In this document: piece by piece, positions 1 through 7,843 of the stretch
Position numbering within the stretch: the stretch's first letter is position 1
Layout of the letters: each line of letters starts with the position of its first letter
NCBI GenBank assembly: GCA_040768485.1
Contig: JAXGMU010000010.1
Coordinates: forward strand, 1,477-65,476
Direction: 5' to 3'
Origin: Bacteroidales bacterium
GTDB taxonomy: Bacteria; Bacteroidota; Bacteroidia; Bacteroidales; GCA-2748055
Length of the DNA stretch: 64,000 bases
Made by a program: the position numbers and the translations under genes
Notes under the pieces: model-generated
Seen by the model: the letters and a program-made list of their open reading frames with translations, nothing else
Told to the model about the DNA's origin: nothing
Database searches by the model: none

Positions 1-1
1 C

Positions 2-178
2 CAAAAGATAACTATTGGAGCATCATCAAATGAAAACTACAAAATCCCAAATATTAATGATATTATGGATATAGGAGACTCTATTGTTAAAAATGCAAAT
101 TCCGAAACAATTCTGCTATACCATAAAAATAAGAGATACTATTTCATTCATGATGATGTCATAAATAGGAAAAAATAA
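2..178 (+). CDS. 3' end of an AT-rich ORF entering from the left edge (hypothetical; possibly the immunity gene of a preceding Rhs-type cassette)
   Basis: Reading frame is open from base 2 to TAA at 176-178 (ends ...NKRYYFIHDDVINRKK*). It is absent from the ORF track because it has no start in the window. Composition is AT-rich like ORF 1147-1644. It sits directly upstream of an Rhs core-homology segment. Confidence 0.35.
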   Translation, partial: QKITIGASSNENYKIPNINDIMDIGDSIVKNANSETILLYHKNKRYYFIHDDVINRKK

Positions 179-191
179 TTAAAATATTTAG

Positions 192-1130
192 ATGATACTA
201 AGTTGGTACTTTCACGGCGCCCGGTACTTTGACCCCCAGCTCTCCCGCTGGCACTGCTCCGACCCCCTCCCAGAATCCTCCACCTCACTCAGCCCCTATG
301 CCTACGTTACCAATAACCCGGTGAACTTTGTCGATCCAAATGGGATGCTCTATGCCAAACCTTCTGACTGGGAAAGGGAGCAGGCAAAGGAGAGAGCACA
401 TTGTTCTGCGATCTGGTGGAAATTGGCCGGAATGATGGGTAGGCCGGAGTTTTATTCTGGGGCAGATGCATATTTTATGCAAGAAGATCCATCCGGAGGT
501 TGGCGATATGATTGGAATTCTGGTACGTATTATAACGTATTTTCCTGTGGATCTGACATGACTGCCAATAATTTTAGTCAAACCATTCTGCCATTTTATA
601 CTTCAGCTGATCATACTCTATATGGTGAAGAGGCTCAATCTGCTTATTCAAACTTATTGGAAGTTTATGGATTAGCACCTTCAACTGCCCAAAATAATGT
701 AAACAACAAAGGTGGAGGGACTTTAAAATCTACAACTTATTTTTACAGTTTTAACCAAGCTTATAAATTTATGTGGAAAAATAGTCATGATGAAAATGGG
801 AAACCACTAGTAGAAACTTCAGCTTGGATAATTAGAAATGGGAATAATACTGACATAATTGTCCTCCCAAACTATAAAAACTTACAAAACCTTTCTTACA
901 ATGATTATTTAGTAGTAAAAAATAGGCAAGTTAATTACTATGGGGTGTGGTATAGCATTGTCGGACATATTCATACACATCCAACAGATGATACTACCTA
1001 TATAGGGATTTCAGATTCAGATATATACATGGCAGAGTGGTTAGGCTCTCCAATTCAAATACTCTGGAATAATCGGATATGGGAAGTGTATAAAACTGGT
1101 AATCGAAAAGACTTAGGTGGTTGGGAATAA
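192..1130 (+). CDS. Orphan Rhs/YD-repeat C-terminal module: short conserved core end plus variable toxin tip with a JAB/MPN-like metallopeptidase motif
   Basis: N-terminus YFHGARYFDPQLSRWHCSDP...YAYVTNNPVNFVDPNGM matches the conserved end of the Rhs/YD core (YDPxxxRWxSxDP ... DPxG[LM]). No YD repeats precede it, because upstream sequence is AT-rich non-homologous DNA. The tip carries HIHTHP-x9-SDSD at 963-1023. The G+C-rich core segment switches to an AT-rich tip. Confidence 0.75.
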   Translation: MILSWYFHGARYFDPQLSRWHCSDPLPESSTSLSPYAYVTNNPVNFVDPNGMLYAKPSDWEREQAKERAHCSAIWWKLAGMMGRPEFYSGADAYFMQEDPSGGWRYDWNSGTYYNVFSCGSDMTANNFSQTILPFYTSADHTLYGEEAQSAYSNLLEVYGLAPSTAQNNVNNKGGGTLKSTTYFYSFNQAYKFMWKNSHDENGKPLVETSAWIIRNGNNTDIIVLPNYKNLQNLSYNDYLVVKNRQVNYYGVWYSIVGHIHTHPTDDTTYIGISDSDIYMAEWLGSPIQILWNNRIWEVYKTGNRKDLGGWE

Positions 1131-1146
1131 AATAATATAAAGAAAT

Positions 1147-1644
1147 ATGAAAAAACAAAGAATCATATACTTAATTATCATGTGTTTGTGTATTTCTTGT
1201 TCACCGGATAAACAAAAATCAATAAATAGTGAAGAGATGATAAAACTTGTAAAAATTAGTGATTCATTATTACTTGAGAATCTTAATCAGTATTATGAGA
1301 ATAACTTAAAAGGTGCAGATTTTGAGTATGCCCTAATTTTAAACTATAAAATATTAAATAATACATCATCTTATGATATTTTCTATGAAGTTAACTTATC
1401 TCAACTTTTAAAAGATACTTTGAATTATTTTACCTACCTAGAAGATATTGTTATTTTCATACAAGTAGATAAAAATCCCTTTGTTGTTGAGTCCAAACAA
1501 AAAGTCGATTCCTTATTAAAGAGACTTTTTCAACAACAATATGACTATTATCAGAAATACGGTGAATTCCCTCCTCCTATTACTTACAGTTATGAGAAAT
1601 GGAAGTATTTCGACAATAAATTAGTTGATAAGAAAATGCACTAA
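1147..1644 (+). CDS. Putative cognate immunity protein (small lipoprotein)
   Basis: 165-aa ORF starts 17 nt after the toxin-tip stop on the same strand. Signal peptide ends in Cys (MKKQRIIYLIIMCLCISCSPD). It is AT-rich like the toxin tip. This is the canonical position for a polymorphic-toxin immunity gene. No recognisable enzymatic motif. Confidence 0.6.
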   Translation: MKKQRIIYLIIMCLCISCSPDKQKSINSEEMIKLVKISDSLLLENLNQYYENNLKGADFEYALILNYKILNNTSSYDIFYEVNLSQLLKDTLNYFTYLEDIVIFIQVDKNPFVVESKQKVDSLLKRLFQQQYDYYQKYGEFPPPITYSYEKWKYFDNKLVDKKMH

Positions 1645-1757
1645 TACTTCCATTCAGCTGAGTAAGTATCTCTTTATTAAGAACAATGATCCAGAAATTC
1701 TATATTCAGGGATATGTAAAGGATGATGAACACTGAAAAAACACCGGTAAATTGTTG

Positions 1758-2000
1758 CTTTCACGGTGCGGGGTATTATGACCCCCAGCTGGCCCTGTGG
1801 CACAGCCCCGACCCCCTCCCAGAATCCTCCACCCACCTGAGCCCTGGTGGAAAATAGCTGGCATGATGGGATCGCAGTTTGAGTTTTCTTCTGGTCGGCA
1901 GTATTCTGGCAATCCTGAGCGTGGAATTGAAGTGGGTTTCAATTTTGATTGGAGGACAAGAGTAACATATAAAGTGTATGAAGATCCTATGACAGCCTAA
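1758..2000 (+). pseudogene. Decayed second orphan Rhs core-end/tip fragment
   Basis: 1758-1840 repeats the DNA of about 217-300 (FHGAGYYDPQLALWHSPDPLPESSTHLSP vs FHGARYFDPQLSRWHCSDPLPESSTSLSP). The segment encoding YAYVTNNPVNFVDPNGM... is missing and the frame changes. Homology resumes at WWKIAGMMGSQFEFSSG (compare WWKLAGMMGRPEFYSG at 413-460). Only a 67-aa ORF (1797-2000) remains. Confidence 0.6.
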
Positions 2001-2080
2001 CGGTACTGTAGAAAACAAACAGGTACGGGATGCACATCGGTCCCATCCGGCCGCAGCGAACCATTACCTTCTCATTATAT

Positions 2081-2773
2081 TCAATTTTTAGACATTTCAC
2101 TGCCAGTACTTTCAGAAGCCTGTATCTTCCGAGCGGTCAACAGCCTGGCATACTTTCTGAAATAGAATTTTTCGCTGAACGCGTGAAATCCGAAACTTTT
2201 CAGGATCGATTTCCAGTCCCTCTCGATAAAGTCAAAAGCATAGTCGCACTCTACAGTTTTAAAGACAAACCTGTGGTGCCCGGGCATGTCCTCCAGGCTG
2301 AATTCCGACCAGTCCAGAATGATCAGTTTTCCTCCCGGCTTCAGGTGATTGTGTGCGTTCCTGATCAGCTGTTCCCTCACATCCTGCGGAAATCCGTGGA
2401 TCACAAAGCTGATAACCACTTTGTCGAATTTTTTCCCGAGGTTGAATGGGGTATCCACCCGCTGCCTGAGGAAACTGATCCGCTCATCTCCCGCATGCCT
2501 GGCCATGAACTGCTTTTGCATGACCGGCGACAGGTCGAGTCCTGTGATGCGGCCATCTTTCCCGATATATTCCGCCATCAGAGAAGCATTCTTTCCTGAA
2601 CCGGTACCCATGTCAAGGATCCGGTCGCCCGCTCTGATATCCATATCTTTGACTGCCTGTCTGATAAACCTGTCATACTTCCCGAAAGAGATCGAATTCA
2701 TGATCCGGTCGTAATGCCTGGCGATCATCGGACTCAGTTCTATTTTTGATTCGGCATAGAGCTTGTTTCCCAT
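2081..2773 (-). CDS. Class I SAM-dependent methyltransferase
   Basis: Motif I ILDMGTGSGKNA, then GLDLSP and a post-I acidic residue, and LKPGGKLIILDW (motif III/IV-like). Length of 230 aa is typical. The overlapping plus-strand ORFs are antisense artefacts. Confidence 0.9.
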   Translation of the reverse strand: MGNKLYAESKIELSPMIARHYDRIMNSISFGKYDRFIRQAVKDMDIRAGDRILDMGTGSGKNASLMAEYIGKDGRITGLDLSPVMQKQFMARHAGDERISFLRQRVDTPFNLGKKFDKVVISFVIHGFPQDVREQLIRNAHNHLKPGGKLIILDWSEFSLEDMPGHHRFVFKTVECDYAFDFIERDWKSILKSFGFHAFSEKFYFRKYARLLTARKIQASESTGSEMSKN

Positions 2774-2920
2774 TTTCCCTTCGTTTAAATTGATTGTCAG
2801 TGCACAAAATTACGGTGGCCGGAAGGTGCGAACAGTGACTTATGTTACAGAGCGTGTTTTTCCTTTCTAAAACTGTATTTTTGACAGGGGCACCTGTTAC
2901 AGAAAACAGAAGACAAACCG

Positions 2921-3682
2921 ATGTTTACACACGCCATTGTACGCACTCCCTGTCCCGAAATGATCAGGGGGATCACCACGGCCTCCCTGGGGAAACCCGG
3001 TCATTCAGAGGCGCTTATGCAGCACAGGGCCTATATTGAGACGCTGGAATCCCTGGGACTGGAAGTGACGGTACTCGCACCCGACGGCAGGTTCCCGGAT
3101 TCCACCTTCGTGGAGGATGTGGCACTGTGCACGCCACGGGTGGCCGTGATCACATCGCCGGGTGAGGTGACGCGCAGGGGTGAAGAGATAGAAATGGAAG
3201 GTGTGCTCGGATCTTTTTACGACCGGCTGGAAACCATCCGCCTGCCCGGTACGCTGGAGGCGGGTGATGTGATGATGACCGGAAGTCATTACTTTATCGG
3301 GATCTCGGGGCGCACCAACCGGGAGGGGGCCACACAATTGACCTCCATTCTTGAAAAGTACGGGATGTCCGCAGAAACAATTGAACTGGAAAGGTTGCTC
3401 CACCTGAAGACAGGGATATCTTACCTCGGGGACGATCTCCTTCTTGTATGCAGTGAGCTTGCAGATCACCCGGCATTCCGGAAATTCAGAAAGATCCTGG
3501 TCCCTCCCCATGAGGCATATGCGGCAAATTCCGTCTGGATCAACGGGACGGTCCTGGTTCCTTCAGGCTTTCCTCAAACCAGGGAGCGGATCGGACAAGC
3601 CGGACGGAAGACCCTTCCCCTGGACATTTCGGAATTTGCGAAACTGGAAGGGGGATTAAGCTGCCTTTCCCTGAGATTTTAA
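2921..3682 (+). CDS. N(G),N(G)-dimethylarginine dimethylaminohydrolase-like amidinotransferase-superfamily enzyme
   Basis: N-terminus FTHAIVRTP...SLG, then FPDSTFVEDVA, and a C-terminal GGLSCLSLRF with the expected catalytic Cys. Size of about 250 aa is typical of bacterial DDAH. Confidence 0.8.
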   Translation: MFTHAIVRTPCPEMIRGITTASLGKPGHSEALMQHRAYIETLESLGLEVTVLAPDGRFPDSTFVEDVALCTPRVAVITSPGEVTRRGEEIEMEGVLGSFYDRLETIRLPGTLEAGDVMMTGSHYFIGISGRTNREGATQLTSILEKYGMSAETIELERLLHLKTGISYLGDDLLLVCSELADHPAFRKFRKILVPPHEAYAANSVWINGTVLVPSGFPQTRERIGQAGRKTLPLDISEFAKLEGGLSCLSLRF

Positions 3683-3785
3683 AGAGAAGAATCCATACGC
3701 TGTTATTAACCAAAAAAAGCTTAAAAAAGGTATAATAATAGATTAATATTTGCATCTTTCATTTCGGTACGAAGATCAAGGAAAA

Positions 3786-4022
3786 ATGAAAAAGAAATCT
3801 ATTACAGCGATTGAATTTGATTCACTGTTTAATCAGGGTAAGGATATTACTGAAAACCTCGATCTCAACAGTGCGAAAAGACACGGGCTGGAAACCAGGC
3901 GCGTGAGTGTGGATTTCCCTCAGTGGATGATCAACAGGCTGGATCAGGAAGCCGCCAGGCTTGGAGTTACCAGGCAATCTGTCATCAAGTTCTGGATATC
4001 CGAAAAGTTGAAGTCGGCATAA
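3786..4022 (+). CDS. Ribbon-helix-helix (CopG/BrnA-like) antitoxin-type protein, with no adjacent toxin gene
   Basis: Small protein with C-terminal RRVSVDFPQWMINRLDQEAARLGVTRQSVIKFWISEKL, an RHH pattern as in BrnA-type antitoxins. First ATG at 3786. The track ORF begins at TTG 3750. Confidence 0.65.
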   Translation: MKKKSITAIEFDSLFNQGKDITENLDLNSAKRHGLETRRVSVDFPQWMINRLDQEAARLGVTRQSVIKFWISEKLKSA

Positions 4023-4146
4023 GTTTTTTATGTTCCAGAACTGCCAAATGTGCTTCAGCTCCCTCTGATAAGACACATCCGGCCATTCAAAGTTACAATT
4101 GCCTGCTTTTCTGCAATGAAAATGATATCTTGGTCAATAAAAAAAA

Positions 4147-5208
4147 ATGGAGTACAGGTATCTTGGAAATTCCGGATTAAGAGTTTCAACGCTCACACTG
4201 GGTACAATGACCTTCGGCGGGAAGGAGCGTTTCTCCAAGGTGGGGAACATCGGTGTGAAGGAAGCGGGTGAGATCATTCACCTCTGCATTGACCACGGGA
4301 TCAATTTGATCGACACGGCCAATGGATATTCCTTCGGGAGATCGGAAGAGATTATCGGGGAAGCCCTTGGAGGGAAGCGACCCGGCGATGTGCTGATCTC
4401 CACGAAAGCCAGGATGGCAGTCGGGGAAGGTCCCAATGAAAGCGGATTTTCGAAGTACCACCTGATCCGGGAATGCGAAAGAAGCCTGAAGCGGCTCAAA
4501 ACCGACGTCATTGACATCTACTACATGCACGAATGGGATGGTGCCACCCCGCTTGAAGAGATGCTGGAGGCTTTGTCCCACCTGATGCAGCAGGGCAAGA
4601 TCAGGTATGCGGGTTGTTCCAATTTCTCAGGGTGGCATATCATGAAAGCGCTGGGCATCAGCAGGGAACGCAACCTTCCGCGTTTCGTCACCCAGCAGAT
4701 CCACTATACACTGGAAGCAAGGGATGCGGAATACGAACTGCTTCCCATCGCGGTGGACCAGGGGGTGGGTGTGCTGGCCTGGAGCCCCCTGGCGGGGGGA
4801 TTGCTCTCGGGGAAATACACCCGGGACAAAAAACCGGAAGGGGTCACCCGGATGTCGGAGGGGTGGCCTGAGCCCCCCATCCGTGATGAAGAAAGGCTGT
4901 GGAACATTGTAGATGTGGTCAATGAGATTGCCGGAGTGCGGCAGGTGCCGGCTGCGCAGGTCTCCCTGGCCTGGGTGCTGTCCCGCCCCGGTGTGGCATC
5001 ACTCGTGATCGGGGGGAGGAAAATTGAGCACATCAGGGATAATATCGGGGCCGCCGGCCTGAAACTTTCCGATGACGAACTGGACCGCCTGAACTATGTC
5101 AGCGACCCGCCGCTGATCTATCCATACTGGCACCAGGCAAGGTTTGCCACCAGCACCTTCACCGATGGCGACCGGGCCCTGTTCGGCGGCCGGTCATCCG
5201 ATCAGTAG
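4147..5208 (+). CDS. Aldo/keto reductase family oxidoreductase
   Basis: MEYRYLGNSGLRVSTLTLGTMTFGG start, DTANGYSFGRSEEIIGEAL, and the YYMHEWD and GCSNF motifs typical of the AKR (Tas/YajO-like) family. Confidence 0.9.
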   Translation: MEYRYLGNSGLRVSTLTLGTMTFGGKERFSKVGNIGVKEAGEIIHLCIDHGINLIDTANGYSFGRSEEIIGEALGGKRPGDVLISTKARMAVGEGPNESGFSKYHLIRECERSLKRLKTDVIDIYYMHEWDGATPLEEMLEALSHLMQQGKIRYAGCSNFSGWHIMKALGISRERNLPRFVTQQIHYTLEARDAEYELLPIAVDQGVGVLAWSPLAGGLLSGKYTRDKKPEGVTRMSEGWPEPPIRDEERLWNIVDVVNEIAGVRQVPAAQVSLAWVLSRPGVASLVIGGRKIEHIRDNIGAAGLKLSDDELDRLNYVSDPPLIYPYWHQARFATSTFTDGDRALFGGRSSDQ

Positions 5209-5281
5209 CATCAGCCCGGCCGCAACAAATATCTAGACAAGATTCGTATTTTCGACTTTCAGTCCGCAATATATTAACGAT

Positions 5282-7273
5282 ATGAGAAAATCACTGTTCA
5301 CTTCAACTCTTTCCATTCTTTTCATATGTTTATCAGGTATGCTGTCTGCCCAGCTGAGGCTCCCCGCCATGGTGAGGGACAGCATGATCCTTCAGCGAAA
5401 TACTGAACTGAAGATCCGGGGCTGGGCTGAAGCGGGTGAACAGGTAGAGGTCAGTTTCAAAGGGAACCTGTACCGGGCGGAAACGGGCAGGGACGGGAAA
5501 TGGATGGTGGAGATACCGCCCATGGAAGCGGGAGGGCCCTATACCATGGAGATCTCCGCCAGCGGTTCCGGCATAACGCTTGAAAACATTCTGGTGGGGG
5601 ATGTCTGGCTCTGTGCGGGACAGTCCAACATGGTCCACTACATGGCCCTGCACAGTGAACGGTATGCGGAAGAGATCGCGCAGGCCGATGATCCGCAAAT
5701 CAGGCAGTTCCTGGTCCCCACCGCCACCAGCCTGGGTGGACCGGCGGAGGATCTTTCTGGCGGAAGCTGGAAATCAGCCAATCCGGAAGACATTTTGCGC
5801 TTTTCCGTGGTGGCCTATTTCTTTGCCAAAAACCTTCACGATGCCTGCGGCGTACCCATCGGCATTATCAATGCGAGCGTGGGAGGGACCCCCATCGAAG
5901 CCTGGACCAGCGCGGAGGGTCTGAAGGAATTTCCGGTGATGCAGCGCACCATCGAAATGAACAGCGATACGGCATATGTGAACCGGGTGAACCGTGCCGC
6001 ATGGTCCGCGATGCGTGCAGGAAGACGGGAAAGGGGGCAGGACCGGGGAACGCCGGGGCATGACAGGGGAAGGTCGGGACAGGACATGGGATTGTCCGGG
6101 CCGGTGAACTGGTACGATCCTGCCTATGTTCCCGAGAACTGGCACCGGATCAATATCCCCGGATACTGGGAGGACCAGGGGGTCAGGGACCTGAACGGAG
6201 TGGTCTGGTACCGGAGGGAATTCGAGGTTCCGGCTTCCATGACCGGGATTCCCGCAAAGGTCGCGCTGGGAAGGATCGTGGATGCGGACCAGCTCTATAT
6301 CAACGGGGAACAGGTGGGACGGACCACCTACCAGTATCCCCAGCGGCGGTATGAGGTACCTGCCGGTGTGCTGAAACCAGGCATGAATCTTTTCGTGATC
6401 CGGGTGACCAACCAGGCCGGAAAGGGAGGATTTGTCCCCGACAAACCCTATTACCTGTCAGCCGGAAGTGACACCATCGATCTGAAAGGCTACTGGAAGT
6501 ACAGGGTGGGGGAGGTGTATCCCGGGCAGAGGAATTTCGCCATGGGAATATCCGCCCAGAACCAGCCTGCGGCGTTATACAATGCAATGATCGCACCCTT
6601 CACGGATTATGCGGTAAAAGGTTTTGTCTGGTACCAGGGAGAAAGCAATGCCGGCAGGCCGGAAGCATACAGGTCGCTGCAGCGCGCACAGATCAGGGAC
6701 TGGAGAAACCTCTGGGGACAGGAGGATCTGCCCTTCCTGTATGCACAGCTCCCCAATTTTATGGAAGTGAATTACTCCCCCGAGGAAAGTGACTGGGCGA
6801 TGCTGCGGGAAGCCCAGCTGGAAGCGATGGACCTGCCCGCAACCGGGATGGCGGTGACCATCGACCTGGGTGAATGGAACGATATCCATCCGGACAATAA
6901 GAAACCGGTGGGGGACCGCCTTGCGCTGTGGGCACGTAAAATTGCATACGGGGAGGAGGACCTGGTTCATTCCGGTCCCATCTGTCAATCATACCGGATT
7001 AAAGGCGACAAAATCATCCTCACCTTCGACCATGCGGGGGGCGGACTGGTCTCCGGAAACGGCGAACCCCTGGGCCACTTCGCCATTGCGGGTCCCGATA
7101 AGAATTTTGTCTGGGGGCATGCGATTATTGAAGGACCAGACAGGGTGGTGGTGTGGCACGAGGATATCCCCGATCCGGTCTATGTGCGCTATGCCTGGGC
7201 TGACAATCCGCGGTTCGCGAACCTTTATAACAAAGAGGGTCTGCCGGCCTCTCCGTTCAGGACGGACCACTGA
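5282..7273 (+). CDS. Sialate O-acetylesterase-like (SASA/SGNH-type) carbohydrate esterase, exported
   Basis: Signal peptide, then GDVWLCAGQSNM (GQSN nucleophile block), NASVGGTPIEAW and GFVWYQGESN blocks. Carries an in-frame low-complexity insertion at 6035-6097. Confidence 0.85.
   Translation: MRKSLFTSTLSILFICLSGMLSAQLRLPAMVRDSMILQRNTELKIRGWAEAGEQVEVSFKGNLYRAETGRDGKWMVEIPPMEAGGPYTMEISASGSGITLENILVGDVWLCAGQSNMVHYMALHSERYAEEIAQADDPQIRQFLVPTATSLGGPAEDLSGGSWKSANPEDILRFSVVAYFFAKNLHDACGVPIGIINASVGGTPIEAWTSAEGLKEFPVMQRTIEMNSDTAYVNRVNRAAWSAMRAGRRERGQDRGTPGHDRGRSGQDMGLSGPVNWYDPAYVPENWHRINIPGYWEDQGVRDLNGVVWYRREFEVPASMTGIPAKVALGRIVDADQLYINGEQVGRTTYQYPQRRYEVPAGVLKPGMNLFVIRVTNQAGKGGFVPDKPYYLSAGSDTIDLKGYWKYRVGEVYPGQRNFAMGISAQNQPAALYNAMIAPFTDYAVKGFVWYQGESNAGRPEAYRSLQRAQIRDWRNLWGQEDLPFLYAQLPNFMEVNYSPEESDWAMLREAQLEAMDLPATGMAVTIDLGEWNDIHPDNKKPVGDRLALWARKIAYGEEDLVHSGPICQSYRIKGDKIILTFDHAGGGLVSGNGEPLGHFAIAGPDKNFVWGHAIIEGPDRVVVWHEDIPDPVYVRYAWADNPRFANLYNKEGLPASPFRTDH
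6035..6097 (+). repeat. Three in-frame degenerate 21-nt tandem units inside the esterase gene
   Basis: GQDRGTP / GHDRGRS / GQDMGLS are encoded by consecutive 21-nt units (gggcaggaccggggaacgccg, gggcatgacaggggaaggtcg, ggacaggacatgggattgtcc). Confidence 0.6.
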
Positions 7274-7670
7274 CCCCAATCAGCATGATCAGGGAAAAAG
7301 CCGCGAGAGCCAGACTGATCCACATGGGTATCCCGTAGGGCAGCCGCTCTTTTTCGGCAAACACCCAGCCCGAACTGTTGATGGCTGAATAGACAAGGGC
7401 ACCCAGTGAGAGGAGCGAAACAGGAAGGCCCCATGATTCTCCCAACCAGAGCCCGGTTCCTCCTGCGATCAGGCCCAGAGAAGTCAGGTACTCTGCAGAT
7501 ATATGAGGCCAGAGCATATTTTCGCCCTCGCGCCATTTAAAGAATGATCCCTGGCCGGAGAATTTTCCGGTAATGATATCCCTGGTCCAGATCCCAACCA
7601 GTCCGAGAGCCGTGATCCACATGATCACCGGAATGACCCTCCCGATCAATTCCGAATGCAGGATGTTCAT
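7257..7670 (-). CDS. Small hydrophobic membrane protein (hypothetical)
   Basis: 137-aa ORF with about four hydrophobic stretches (VIPVIMWITALGLVGIW, LTSLGLIAGGTGLWLG, VSLLSLGALVYSAI, MWISLALAAFSLIMLIGV). Its 3' end overlaps the convergent esterase gene by 17 nt. No family recognised. Confidence 0.5.
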   Translation of the reverse strand: MNILHSELIGRVIPVIMWITALGLVGIWTRDIITGKFSGQGSFFKWREGENMLWPHISAEYLTSLGLIAGGTGLWLGESWGLPVSLLSLGALVYSAINSSGWVFAEKERLPYGIPMWISLALAAFSLIMLIGVSGPS

Positions 7671-7843
7671 GGTCGTAAAATGTTTGAAATTTTCCTGTAG
7701 TGATACACATTGTAAGGTGGAGTCACAATAATAGAATATTTTATGATCCGTTGCAACAGCTTTTCAATGATGCCAATCGATTGTCAGGTGTATGATGATA
7801 TTTTCATAACTTAAGGGCATTGCACTGGCATGATATTCTCCGT

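Noticed and set aside
2001-2035. Imperfect hairpin GGTACTGT-agaaaacaa-ACAGGTAC after the decayed Rhs tip, considered as a terminator
   Set aside because: The stem has a bulge and no T-tract follows. It also lies at the 3' side of the convergent methyltransferase gene region. Not convincing.
3750-3785. Possible remnant of a BrnT-type toxin C-terminus (…FRYEDQGK) just before the RHH gene
   Set aside because: Only about 12 codons with vague resemblance. This cannot be supported without a profile search.
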